DNA from: Utricularia gibba
Taxonomy: Eukaryota; Plantae; Magnoliophyta
Length of the DNA: 64,000 nucleotides
Assembly: GCA_002189035.1 (NCBI GenBank)
Contig: CM007991.1
Location: 5,270,001-5,334,000 of the forward strand
Direction of reading: 5' to 3'
Shown one piece after another: positions 1 to 11,779 of the stretch. The notes under the pieces are model-generated. The model searched no databases. It had not been told where the DNA came from and saw only the letters and a list, made by a program, of their open reading frames with translations. Position 1 is the stretch's first letter; every line of letters starts with the position of its first letter. The position numbers and the translations under genes were made by a program.

Positions 1-962
1 TTGAAAAAACACATACAAGTTGGGTTAGTATTTGGTGGGTATGCGACCATTTCATGAGTCACATTAGTTGGACCTATAACATGAACTCACTAACAAAATA
101 TTTATAATTGGACTTATAACACTGAGTCAAAATTGGCTGTTTTTACGTTTTCTCTTCACTTATAGTCATCTCATTTTAATTTTGATTGAGACTATTAATA
201 TGATTTGAAATAATTTTTCAATTCAGCTTGAATATCATAATCACAACAAAGTTTGATGCCTAAAGTGAAGAAAAAACTTCTTGTGATATTGATATTTCAA
301 GTGAAGATGACGATGAATTTTTCATTTCAAAAACAATATGCTTCCTTCATTAATTGACACAAACATTTTAATCGCAATAATGAATTAATAAATATATATT
401 ATCAGTATTATGGCACCAGCTACAATCATGGTAAGGATTGATCTACTTCAAATTTTAAACACCACATTATAAATAAATATAAAGACAAAGCTCGTAACTC
501 ATCCAGTCAATCAATTCTAATTTAGTGAATGGTAATGTTTCTACTTTTTTCTTTAATATCAATAATGATCAAGGCTATATATATACTTGCATTAATCGCC
601 AATGAAAAAAAATTTAGAAATAGAAAATCTATTTATAGTGAATTTTTTTTCAATTCTATTTGCAGTTGTTTTAGAAATTCACATAAGTGAAGATATGGCT
701 AAATTTGCTCCACATGTCTAAGACAGTTACAATTGCAATGAATTAGTTTGAAGAAAAAAAACAGTTTTTCAATCTATGAAATACAAATTTGGGTTAATGT
801 GTACTGATTGAAATGATATCAATGTTGGATACTATCTAGTTTAATTACTTATCGGATTTATTGTAATAAATTATGTAAATGAGAATCTTTGAGTTTTAAC
901 CTTTGCATTCCCTACACATAAAGTGCAGAAATTACATGATTTATTACCTTTTAATATGTTGA

Positions 963-1345
963 TGTTGTGGTCGAAAATCGGCAATGAGGTGGGGGCCTAT
1001 ATTCGGGTTAGTGGGAAAGCCGAACGTGCAGGATCGGATCTGGATATGCACATTTTGGTTTATAGGAACAAAAATAGATAGGGATTTTAATGTGGAAATC
1101 GTCAAGAAACGGAAAAACCACAGACCTGTTGGGGCTCACCGAAAAATGGTTTCACTAGTCTTGCAATTGGATAATTGCCGATTGTTCTGACATTGCCGTA
1201 ATTTGGCTACTTTTCAAACTGTTCAAAACGGCCGCTATTGGAAAATTCTGACACTTATCGGTCTGCCGGCCTATAGCAATTTGTCTGGATACTTTTTGGC
1301 TCCTTTTCAGTAACCGATTAACCCAACCGATTTTTGACTCCATCA
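963..1345 (-). mobile_element. 3' LTR of a Tat/Retand-like Ty3/Gypsy element
   Basis: On the minus strand a purine tract GAGGGGCT (~1348-1356) precedes TGATGGAGTCAAAAAATCGG, and the segment ends ...TTTTCGACCACAACA at 963. It carries the LTR motif TCTGTGGTTTTTCC...TTTCCAC, shared with the solo LTR at 12130-12749. Confidence 0.6.
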
Positions 1346-1349
1346 TTCA

Positions 1350-3160
1350 GCCCCTCTAATTTACCTGTATTGGCCTTCTTGCACAAATCGGTGAATCAAA
1401 ATCACGACTGTGCCGATCCCTAACACGCCAATTCCTAGCAGGCTAATCTTCTCTCAACTTAGACTGATCTCCACGTTTTTTTCGCTCATTTTTTGGCACC
1501 TCATTCGACGTGTCGTTTCAACTTTCGAATAAACCCTCCATAAATAAAAACTTTTTCAGTCAGTTTTCTCCTTTACTTCCTCTTTCCGCTCATGAAATTT
1601 CCATGCTTTTCACGCTCTGCTGCATTTTGCCATCACAAGTTCCGCCGGAATCTTCTCTTTTACCAGGTACTCTTCCGTTTTCCACTCTTCTTTTTGTCTT
1701 TGCAAAAATTTTTTGGGAATTTTGAGATTTCTCAACCACTCTTTCCTTTTTTTCATTCTTCTAGGGCCTTTCTGCATCAAATTTCTTAGAATCACAATGG
1801 TTAGGAGGTCTAGCGAACTGATTGTTTCTACAATCCGATCCATATATTCAATCCTAGATGAGTATATTGTAACTCAGGCCAGGGATTCCCTAATTCCCTG
1901 AGGGGTGGGGGAAAGGCCTCTTCCCCATTTAGGCCTCCCCATCCTTATCTAGAAAATGGCCTTCGATTCTCGTTTCATCCTCTAATCGTTCAATTTTTTA
2001 GCATGTTTGCTATTCCGCTTTACTACCTCACCCCAAACTCTATTTTTTATTTTACACTATTTCTTTTCTATTCGGCGGGCATGGATTCGACTATGATGCT
2101 AGCAGATTTTTTCCAACTCTTCAAGGTCACCATCCATAAAGCAAATTGGCCGATGCATGGGTTATCCCACTTTCAGTTTCATCGATTTGAAGACCACCCC
2201 GATTTCATCGTTAAGGCCCCTAATACCCACCACAATTTGTTGTCCTCTTTTATCTAGGTTGCTATTCCATTAAGTGCCACATGGAATTTTCCCATTAAGC
2301 CTCCTACCCTCTTTAGGATTAAGCCGTTTCTTCAGACGAATCTCGTAGAGATGTATATCGGAGGCTAGGTGAATGCTCCATCATATATGAATCCCTAGCC
2401 ATGATGCTTTCGCGGGATCCTTTATCGACCTGCAAGGATACTCGGTCGCACTCGTAATGGACAGTGGTCCAATTTTATCATCCCTTCTAATTCGTTAGCA
2501 CCTCCCTCTTCTGACTTGATAATCCCCATTTCCTCTGATCCGGTTCCTAAACACTTTGCTCAGCGCCCAACTCAAACGAAAAAGAAAAGGGTTAAGGTTT
2601 GCATGCAAAAACCCTCCAAAAAGCAGAAAGTTAGTCGGCCCCCATTCCTTCAATGGGGCTATGTTTTACTTTCGCTAACTGTCTTCACTTGTTGGTCCAT
2701 AGTTGACCAGATGGCTGGGAGAGTGGGGTTGGAGGCTTCCACCATGGCACGTTTTTCTGCCAAAATGCGCAAGATGCAAGAATCGGGACAAGATGCAATG
2801 CCATCACCACAAGTTAATCTTTATTGTACATAACTTTCGATCATCTGTCTTTAACCTTTTTGGTTATTCCCCTCTTTAGGTCGATTCCCAAGGGGTTCAA
2901 TCTGATAACATCCCCTATCTCTCTGAAGGGGGTTAGGGAGTTAAGTTTTCCGAGAACCAGGAGCAGACTCCACCTCCTCCATCCGGAAAGGGAAAGGAGA
3001 AGGTTCCGCCTTCCCTAGGCACTTCTACGCCCCAAGATGTTTGAGTTCCCATCGACTTGGCTGGCCCTTCTACGTCAAGGCAACAAGTCAGCATTGTTGG
3101 GGATTCGATCCAAATCCCAATTCCCATCCCTGCTGATAGCAACGGCTTGAGAAAATAATC
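1350..3160 (-). mobile_element. Tat/Retand 3' internal region with degenerate antisense (plus-strand) Transposase_28-like ORF
   Basis: Plus-strand translation of ~1950-2070 gives ENGLRFSFHPLIVQFFSMFAIPLYYLTPNSIFYF. This resembles the GLRFPxHP...QLTPNS motif of the extra antisense ORF of Tat-lineage elements. The region lies next to the PPT and LTR. Confidence 0.55.
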
Positions 3161-3166
3161 AATCAT

Positions 3167-4185
3167 TTGAATCATTTTCTACCACACGTTGAAAATAATG
3201 GAGAGCAGTTAGGCAGTACAAATATCCAGATCATGATCTCACTGGAAGTTCAAAGAGTGCTGAATTCGCACAAGGTGGATGAAAAGGCGAATTTGGCAGA
3301 TTTCGGTAAATTTTCAGGTACCACATGCAACCGTAATACTGTAGTTAATAATTATTTTTGGCTTTTGAACACAGGTGCAACCTCACATATGATCACTCCC
3401 TGTTTCAAAACCTTTCACCATTGTCTAAGCCAATTTCCCTCACACTCCCAAATGGTTCCACTTCTCTTGTTACTCAACATGGTTCAGTGCAAATACATGC
3501 TGACCTCATCGTCTCGAGTGTGTTTTATGTCTCAACTTTCAGATGCAACCTGTTTTCCATTCAAAAATACACTGAATCGCACATGCCTCAAGCTTTATTC
3601 ATCGATTCTTGCTGTTTCATGCAAGACCGAGCATCTAAAATGCTGATACCCATGGGGTACCTGTCTAGAAATCTCTACATCCTAGATAAGATATCTTTTT
3701 TGCCTAATATTTTGTCCATGTTATCAAGCCCTCCTCACAAGGAATTTGTCTCAAGATACTGCTGTTCTTTGTCATGACTCTGCTTACATGTTGTTTAAAA
3801 ACTTTGCATTGTTTAACAAGTAAGTGAATGCATCATATGCCAACCTTTTATGGCACTGTCATTTTAGACATATCTCAGACTCTAAAGCCAAATTCCTACC
3901 CTTTTATTGTTTGCTGGATCAAGTTCCATGTGACATTTGTCAGTATGCCAAGTTCCATAAGCTTCCTTTTCCGATCAGTAGTTCTAGAGCTTTAAAACCA
4001 TTAGCTTTATTACATTGCGATTTATGGGGGCCTTATAGTATACCCCTGCATCTCTTGTTGAAGCACCCGCATCTTCATCTCACCCTGTTCTACGATGCAG
4101 CACTCGTACTTCCCATCCTCCGAGCCATCTCTGTGACTATGTCTATAACCTGCACACCCTGCCCCCACTCCCCGACACCCCTTTA
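3167..4185 (+). mobile_element. Ty1/Copia fragment (gag end, protease, integrase N-terminus, linker) with internal deletion
   Basis: Protease motif WLLNTGATSHM; LPNGSTSLVTQHGSV; pre-integrase LWHCHFRH...CDICQYAK; integrase start LLHCDLWGPY. The sequence then jumps directly to the linker motif VLRCSTRTSHPPSHLCDYV (~4085-4145). Frameshifted. Confidence 0.85.
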
Positions 4186-4189
4186 ACCC

Positions 4190-7100
4190 CTGATCACACA
4201 TGTGTTGTTGATTGGATACATATGCTTGCCCATTAGTATGAGGGTGATAAGCATTTGAAGGCTTATAGCACACTCCATACTTCTTAAGCAATTTTTCTAG
4301 CACTTTGTTGAAGAAGTGTGTCTCTTTGTCATTATCAAGCACCATCAGAACTCCAAATCTTGCTAATATTTTCTACTCGTTGGCAAGCATCACATGTCGT
4401 GCAAAAATGAAAAACGGTCTCAAAAAATCAATAACCAATAATATCCACTGTCAAGTACCTTCTTTGTTGTCTTGTTTGGGTCGTGGTGACATCCACATGG
4501 TGATGAGTGGTAAAATTTAATAACCTGGTTAATCTCACTGTCGGTGAAGCATCTGCGCACCACTCCATCACTGCAACTTTTCCACAAGCATGGGCCATCC
4601 TATGCATAGTACTTGTTGTCACTGTTCAACTTCAAATTCTCGTGGCTTTTCAAATTTTATTAATTTTCCCTATAAAAAGAAGGTTAGCTAAATTTGCATA
4701 CCAGGGTTCCTTAGTCTTACCTCAGAGCGAGATTGCATTGATTAATTAATCAGAGAAAGTATCGGCAATCTCCTCTCCATCTTCCAGATTCTCGATTCTA
4801 CTCAGGTGATCAGCTACACAGTTCTCTTTGCCTGGTTTATCTTTGATTGTCACATCGAATTCCTAGAGTAGCGGTGATAAATGAAAATTTCCTAATGTCG
4901 TTGCAAAAATAGAAATTTTTGTATCAAATAAATTTATAAGCCATAATCCTCACAAAATACAAATTAAACACAGAATGTAAATTGGAATTTGGGGTCGATC
5001 ACAAGGAGCTTGTGCTTACAAAGTGTTTCAATAGATGTATAATTTGAAATAACATTGGTTCTTAGTCTAAGCTCAAACTAATAGTGGAAATCAAATTCAA
5101 TGAACAAGAGCAAGTCTCAATGCTGGAAATAACAGATACTGGTTTGAACATAGAGTAATACTAAGATGCCTTAAGAGTGTGCATGTGATGTGGTGCTAAG
5201 ATGCCTAACTTAATCTACCATATTCCTATACTCACAAATCCAAATAACTTAGGTCTACCCAAATCATTCATCATGTTTTCGACTAATATAGTCCCCAATA
5301 TCATTACCAACTTCGCAATTAGGTCTACCCGCATGCAAAGCATATAGAACTAAATCTACCTGGTTCTACTGGTTCTTCCCTAGACTAGAACCAACTGTCC
5401 CTGCCTTGATTTGTTGTTCTATCTCTAAATCAAGCATTCGAATTGTGAAGCTACTTGTTTCCTCCCTTAGGCCTACCCATTGAATGATAGAAACAAATAT
5501 TAAGAAACAATAACAAATCATATTATAAACCCTAGCCCCACATCACCATTCTACTCTTTAAGGCATCCCCTAAAGCTTACCTACTCATGTATAGAAAATA
5601 AAGCATGATATCATTAAGATAAACTGAAGAGAATAGCAAAGACATTGTAAAATAATAGTCAAAGTAACCAAATATCCAGAAAAACTAACAATAAAGTAGA
5701 GTGTCTTGTTCGCGATTTGCTACTGTTCACTTCCCGTAACAGTAGCACTGAATTGGGTTTTTGATGCTATTCTTCAAGTCTTTAGTCTTCATTCTAGAGA
5801 ATTCGCCTTCGTCTTCCTTCCTTCGTGTTCTTCCTCCCCCTTCTAGGGTCTGGTCGCGTTCCCCCTTCTCTATCTCCAAGAATATCTTCCTTTCTTTTTT
5901 TTTCATTTTCCAATGTCAATACAGTATTCCTAACATTTTTGTTGTTCTTGGCCTGAACCTGCAGACTACGGGCCAAAGAACATTGCATTATATCTCCTCT
6001 TTTAATGCTACCCATTCTTCAAAACCTCTACATGCACAAAGTTTCTATATCCTCCCTGATTTTAAAACTTTGATGTTGGACTAGAAAAGAGGTTAATAAT
6101 ATGGAATGAGCTAAATCAAATAATTTAGAACATTAACACATAAAATCACATTATGTTCTAAATTTTGGTAAAATACTAAAAACTATAAGATAAATACTTA
6201 AACATGATTTAAAAGCATAATTTTCTTATTCTAATAATAGGAAAATTTATGTGTTATCAAGCGACACCCATCGAATCAACCTTCCCTACGTGTCTCGCTT
6301 AGACATCAATTGTCTAATGGCTCTACGGTCAATATGAACAATAATTTTTCTCCTAATTAAATAACTCCTAAATTTGTTGAAGGCAAAGACAACTGCCACC
6401 ATTTCTTTTTCTGTAGTTGTGTAATTTCGCTGAGCTTCATCAATCATTTTTTATGCATAATTGATCACAATGTTCATTACATTGATCTTGCGGCCAGACA
6501 CCATACAAACTGAAAAATTAGAAGCATCACACATAACATCATCGGTGCTTTATTCAACTTGTTGAAAGCCTCCTTACAATAATCTAAAAATTCAAACTTG
6601 ACATCCTATTTCAACAATTCAATCAAGGGTCTAGCAATAGTTTAAAAAATCTTGATGAGCCTGCGATAAAAACCCACATGTCCCAAAAATGATCGTATTC
6701 CTTTTACATCTTGAGGTGGGGTGAGATTAGAAATCATATCAACTTTAGCAAGATCAACACGTAAACCATCACTCGAAACCACATGTCCTAAAACAATCCC
6801 TTGTCTAACCATGAAATGGCATTTTTTTGAATTAAGCACCATACCTTTCTCAACACATTTACCTAAAACTTTGTCCAAATTTTCCAATCATTCATCAAAG
6901 TTTGATCCATGTAATGTAAAATCATCCATGAAAACTTCCATGTTTTTATCAATAAAATCAGAAAATATACTCGTTACATACCTTTTGAAATATAGAAGGA
7001 GCATTACATAGACAAAAGGCATTCTCCTATACGCAAACGTACTAATTGGGCAGGTAAACATTGTCTTCTCTTGATCCTCAGGTACAACCGCACTTGGTTG

Positions 7101-8420
7101 TAACCTGAATAACCATCCAGAAAGCAGTAATATCCCTTACCCCTAAACTTATCAAGCATTTGATAAATGAAGGGGCAGAGATATTGGTCCTTTCGCATGA
7201 CATCATTCAATTTTCTCTAATCAATACAAACACTCCATCTGTTTTGCTTTTGGGTGGTGAATTGTTTCCTTTCAGAGTTTGTGACAACTGTGATGCCAAT
7301 CTTCTTAGACACCACATGAATCGGACTGACTCATTTTCTGTCTGATATGGAATAAATTATCTCCATCTTTAGTAGCTTTTCTATTTCCTTCTTCACAACT
7401 TCCATCAACGTCGGATTGAGTTGACTCTATGCCTGTTGGATTGGCTTGGCATCATCCTCCAGAAGTATCGGATGCATGCAAACTGATGGATGTCCTCTAG
7501 AGTGCAACCAATCGCCTTTCTATGCTTCTTCAACACCCATAACAACTTTAGGTCATGCTCAGAAGTTAGATCTATGCTAAGAATAACAAGCAAAGTGTTA
7601 CCTTCTCCTAGAAAAATATACTTTAAGTGCTTTGGGAGTGGCTTCAGATCTGAAGTCTTCTTGCAAGACAACTCTGCAATTCCTATGTCATCCGAAGACC
7701 TCTCGACATCCAGCTCGGGCACTGAACTCACTTCTTCATCCACTTCTTCCAAGATGATCAATTGCTTCGTCTCTTGGGCATAGACCTCTTCTACCAATTT
7801 TTCAATAATATCTCAATGGTCATCGACATCACTCTTTAGGACATTTTCTTCTTCCACAATCGTTCCTACTCCATACATGCCAACCTCTCGTTCTCCAGCT
7901 CTAAAAGTCACAAAATCATCCTTATATCCAAGAGTCATTTGCCCATTCTTACATCTAATGTGCACATCGGCTGTAGCTAAGAATGGCCATCCAAAAATTA
8001 TAGTGTTGTCATCCACTTTTGTTAGGGGCATCTTCACTACTACAAAAACAATTAGGTAGAAAGTCTATGACACTTGCACCAACACATCCTCAGCAATTCC
8101 TTTTGGTATCACAATCACTCTCACTGCTCCTAAGTCCTCCATTGCCTTCGAGATTTCCCTTCCTTTAATTTTTGCAGAAATATAATAAGTTCCCATATCT
8201 TCACATTTAAAGGGAAGCCCCTTGTCAATTAGAGCAGTAATACTAGCGTTAATCTTCACATCTTCCTACTAGTGAGAGTAACACTTAAATCTATGCACAG
8301 TTCCTACAAGATTTTGATTCCTCTAGGAACCTGCTTCTGCTTCAAATAATCAATTGCCTTCATGCTCACCAATTAGCTATGTCTTCTTTTATATGTGTTT
8401 TATTCTCTTTTCTTTTTGCT
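4190..8420 (-). mobile_element. Athila-like Ty3/Gypsy pol remnant (gag end, protease, RT, RNase H, integrase), interrupted by a solo LTR
   Basis: RT motifs CFLDGYSGYNQV and KCHFMVRQGIVLGHVVS...RSFLGHVGFYRR; RNase H RLIRWV / EFDVTIKDKPGKENCVADHLSR; integrase THFFNKVLEKLLKKYGV...YHPHTNGQ. Many stops and frameshifts. Confidence 0.92.
4875..6259 (-). mobile_element. Solo LTR (Athila-like), 1385 bp
   Basis: TGATAA...TTATCA termini; flanks AGCGG (4870-4874) and AGCGA (6260-6264) form a 4/5 TSD. Removing it rejoins the RNase H motif of the host element. Confidence 0.85.
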
Positions 8421-8459
8421 TTTTGTGAAATTCTCCAGAATTATTTTTTTAAGAGCATT

Positions 8460-11400
8460 GCATACTAGTTCCAAGTTAGATTAGGGCAATCATGCGATGT
8501 GAGTTTGTTTGACATGAAAGAAAGGGAACTCCTACTCACATCACATGAAGAAGGAAGTTGAAGTGGCTGCAAAGTTGGAAAAGCATATTGCAAGTTTGAA
8601 TCAGGAGTGGTATGAGGAGGTAACCAAATCCAAACCCTAAATTTATTCAACTAGTCAAGTTTTTTGAGCACTTTATCTACTTTTGAGTAAGTGTGGTTGT
8701 GTGAACTCATGAGTAAGTCTGTCATAGGTTTGGCTGAACACTCAGGAGTATTCAAGTTTCTAGTAAGACAATGAGCACACACTAGTCCTATGCGAGGCCT
8801 AGACCTGTTTGAATCTTTACTCTCTATTTTCTTTCTAAAAAAGTTAGAGCGGTAGTCTTGAGAGTAACACTCTTGGATTAGAACTTTGTCATCTTGCAGC
8901 AATCAATCAATAGTGAGAAAAGTAGAGAGGCCAAAAGGCAAGCACATAAAAAAAGCCGTGCTGTAAAAAAACAAAGAAAAATAGAAGAGAAAAAAAATAG
9001 AGGGAAACACTGAGAAAGGGACTAGTTGCTTGGAGTGATAAGGAATAGGAGCTATAAGGCACTGAGCTCTCGTTTGAAGATCCCTAGTATGTTCAAAAAA
9101 ACAAAAAAAAGAATGACAAGCCTCTACTATTAGACTCTAAGTTGAATAAAAGGGTGATCCAAGTCTAGTCTATGAGTAGGTGCTAGGAGAGCCAAAATTG
9201 TGAGTAGATGGATTTTGCACACTAAGATCGTTACCTAAAATCTTGCAAGAGCGATGGCCTTGCATTCCATTGCTAATAAATTCTTATTTTTGTGCCTCAT
9301 TATTGCACTAGGTTAGATCTTGAGCAAGACTCAAGGACTAGTCTGTCGTTGTTGTAGGATAGTGTGATGTTGAGTCATATTTTAACATATTTGAGTCAAT
9401 TTCAATATTAAACTATTATGATTATGTGAATTAGAATAAGAAAAATGTCAAAACGTGCGTTGGTCAAATTATTCTCAGTAAAAAGATGATTTGGGCTATT
9501 TTTCCCTTAGTCCAAGTCAAGGTAGTTTTGTTGTTCTTCCAAGCCCATGTACATCTGGTCCATTCGGGTTGGGCCGCAATATCTAATTAATCTGCGAAGT
9601 TGTTATGAGTACAAGGGCAAAACAAGAATTACAAGTCTGAATCATAGGAAGGATAAGGAAAGTTGGCAAAAAAAGGCAAAAATCTCGCAACAAACTACAA
9701 TTGGCACGCAAGACTAGTGTGAATAAAGAAAAGAAAAGATTTGATGCGTGATAAAACTGTTTTTATTGTGTTTTTATATATATTTTTAAGTATTTTTTGT
9801 AGGGATAAATGTTATTTAGTGTGCTAAATTATCTTCTTTTGTGTATTTAGTCTGCTAGAATGTGTTTATTGTGAAAACAGGCTCAATTGGCAACAATTGA
9901 GCCGAAAACTCTAATATTTCGTTTAGTCTGTGTTTAAAGACTTACCAGGGTAAGAGTTAGTACTATATAAGCGTACTTTTCGCGTTGACAAGTCAGAAGG
10001 GATAGAAAAGCTGTGCAAAAGCCACTTTCCACCGAAAGTAGCCGCCCTTCTGAGAGGATAAGATTTGGAGCAGAGATTTCCCTTCTAGAAGCTTGAGGAA
10101 AAGACTAAGCTACCCTTACTTTTGAGCTGCAAAAGGGAAAACAAAGGAGAGAAAAAGGGAGTACACTATGCACGTAGAGTGCACAGACAGCGAACAGGAG
10201 CGAGCGGGAGCAAGGAGAACTTCATTTTCTCCGGCGAACGTCTCCAGCGACCTCCAAATCTACATTTCTACACCACCTTTCTGGCAAGAACTTCGATTTC
10301 CAGCAGATTTACAGCCCACAGAAGCATCCTGAAACTTTTATTTGCACATTTCTGCACTTCCATTTCTGCGTGAACTTGCTACTGTTATTGTCTTCATTTT
10401 TATGCTTTCCGTTGTATTTCGGTACCCTATTGTAAACGAGAAACTAGTTGTAGACTTTATTTTAAGCTTATGAACATGCTGCTGTTTACCCTTTCGTGCT
10501 TGGTCCTAAGTTTAACGTGCTTTTACTGTTCTTACGAACCATGCTCTATTTCTGCAAACTATTACTCTGTTTTTATGCGTTCCAAAGCTTGGTTTAAGCC
10601 TATGGGCTCTCTTGAGTGACACAAGAGCTAGACCCTAGTGTAAAACCCAGTCAAATTACTTTTATTTTATGTTTTCTGCACCTTCACGTTAATTTCAGTC
10701 CTTTTTCATCCCTACAACTCGTTTATTTCAATCACTGTTATTTTAGGTCTTACCAGTGTTAGAACTAAACCCAGAAAACCCCCTTGTTTCCAGTAAATGT
10801 GTTAAACTTCAGGAAATTGCAACCATTCCCTTTGGATTCGACCCTTACTTGCCACACTACATTAATTCTTGTGATTTGTGTAGTAGAATAGCTAGGCTTA
10901 TAAATTTCTTTTGATGCGTTGAATGTGCTAGACCACAACATTTAGCAACCTCATTCCCAACGTTCATCAATGCCTATATAATTACTTTCTTTCCAAAATA
11001 TTTCAAGCAATAAACACTCAGTTGCTTTTGGGAGACTTTGTTTGGCTGGTGGATCCATCTATTTTAGGGAAATTTTTTCTCACAAGAGCGTTTTCGGCGA
11101 TTGGAGTAGAAGAGAAGACAAAGAAGAGGCATTCTAGAATGATAGTAGAACTAATCTTTGACTTCAGGCTTCTTCTAAAACTTTGCTAGGAAGGTTCCAA
11201 GTGCTATGTTGCCGTTCTGGGTGATGGAGGTGGTTCCAATATCACTCACATAGATAGGTCTTTGTTCTTCAAGGCTCATGCTAAAACTTTCCCTCCTTCG
11301 TCTTCTTCCCTAACACTTGTTCAAACTCACCGGAAAATCCTCTCTTAGTGTTTGAAATCTCGATTCTCTCTCTACTCAATCATGCTTGCCATTGATTGCA

Positions 11401-11700
11401 TCTCTTGGGGAGGCTTAGCTTCTCCTCGTTCCCTATTTCCCAATGATAGTCTTATCTTCTGGCGCATGCAAACGTGTAATTCCTATTTTACCCTTGGACT
11501 AATAAATATCGCGTAGAGTGGTTAGAATGCATGGCCCAGCCCAAATGGGCTGGTCGTTCCTAGGCTTGGATGAATAGTACATTCACTCCAACAAGCAAAT
11601 CGACAAAAAATAGCTCCAAAACACATTTTTATACACTGTATTCACTATTACTAATTTTGATGTTTTTACCAATTCTAACTCGCGTAAATCCTCATCCTAA
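8460..11700 (+). mobile_element. Athila-like 3' internal region and nested LTR sequences
   Basis: A degenerate terminal motif TTGAGCAAGACTCAAGG precedes an LTR-like start TGATGTTGAG (~9366). A second LTR start TGATGCGTG lies at 9742, and an Athila-type LTR end (TGGATTCGACCCTTACTTGCC...TATAAATT...ACAACA) at ~10830-10940. No TSD found. Confidence 0.6.
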
Positions 11701-11779
11701 CATTGAAAAAGAACACAAATATTACCAATTTTGACATAACATCATATGTTGGCATCATTATTTATTTGGTGAATGGACA

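Noticed and set aside
1-960. Possible PIF/Harbinger transposase relic
   Set aside because: Only faint resemblance in stop-riddled AT-rich sequence, with no convincing motif or TIR.
9742-10940. Clean solo LTR with TSD
   Set aside because: Flanks AGATT and TTTAG do not match. Kept only within the broader LTR-debris feature.
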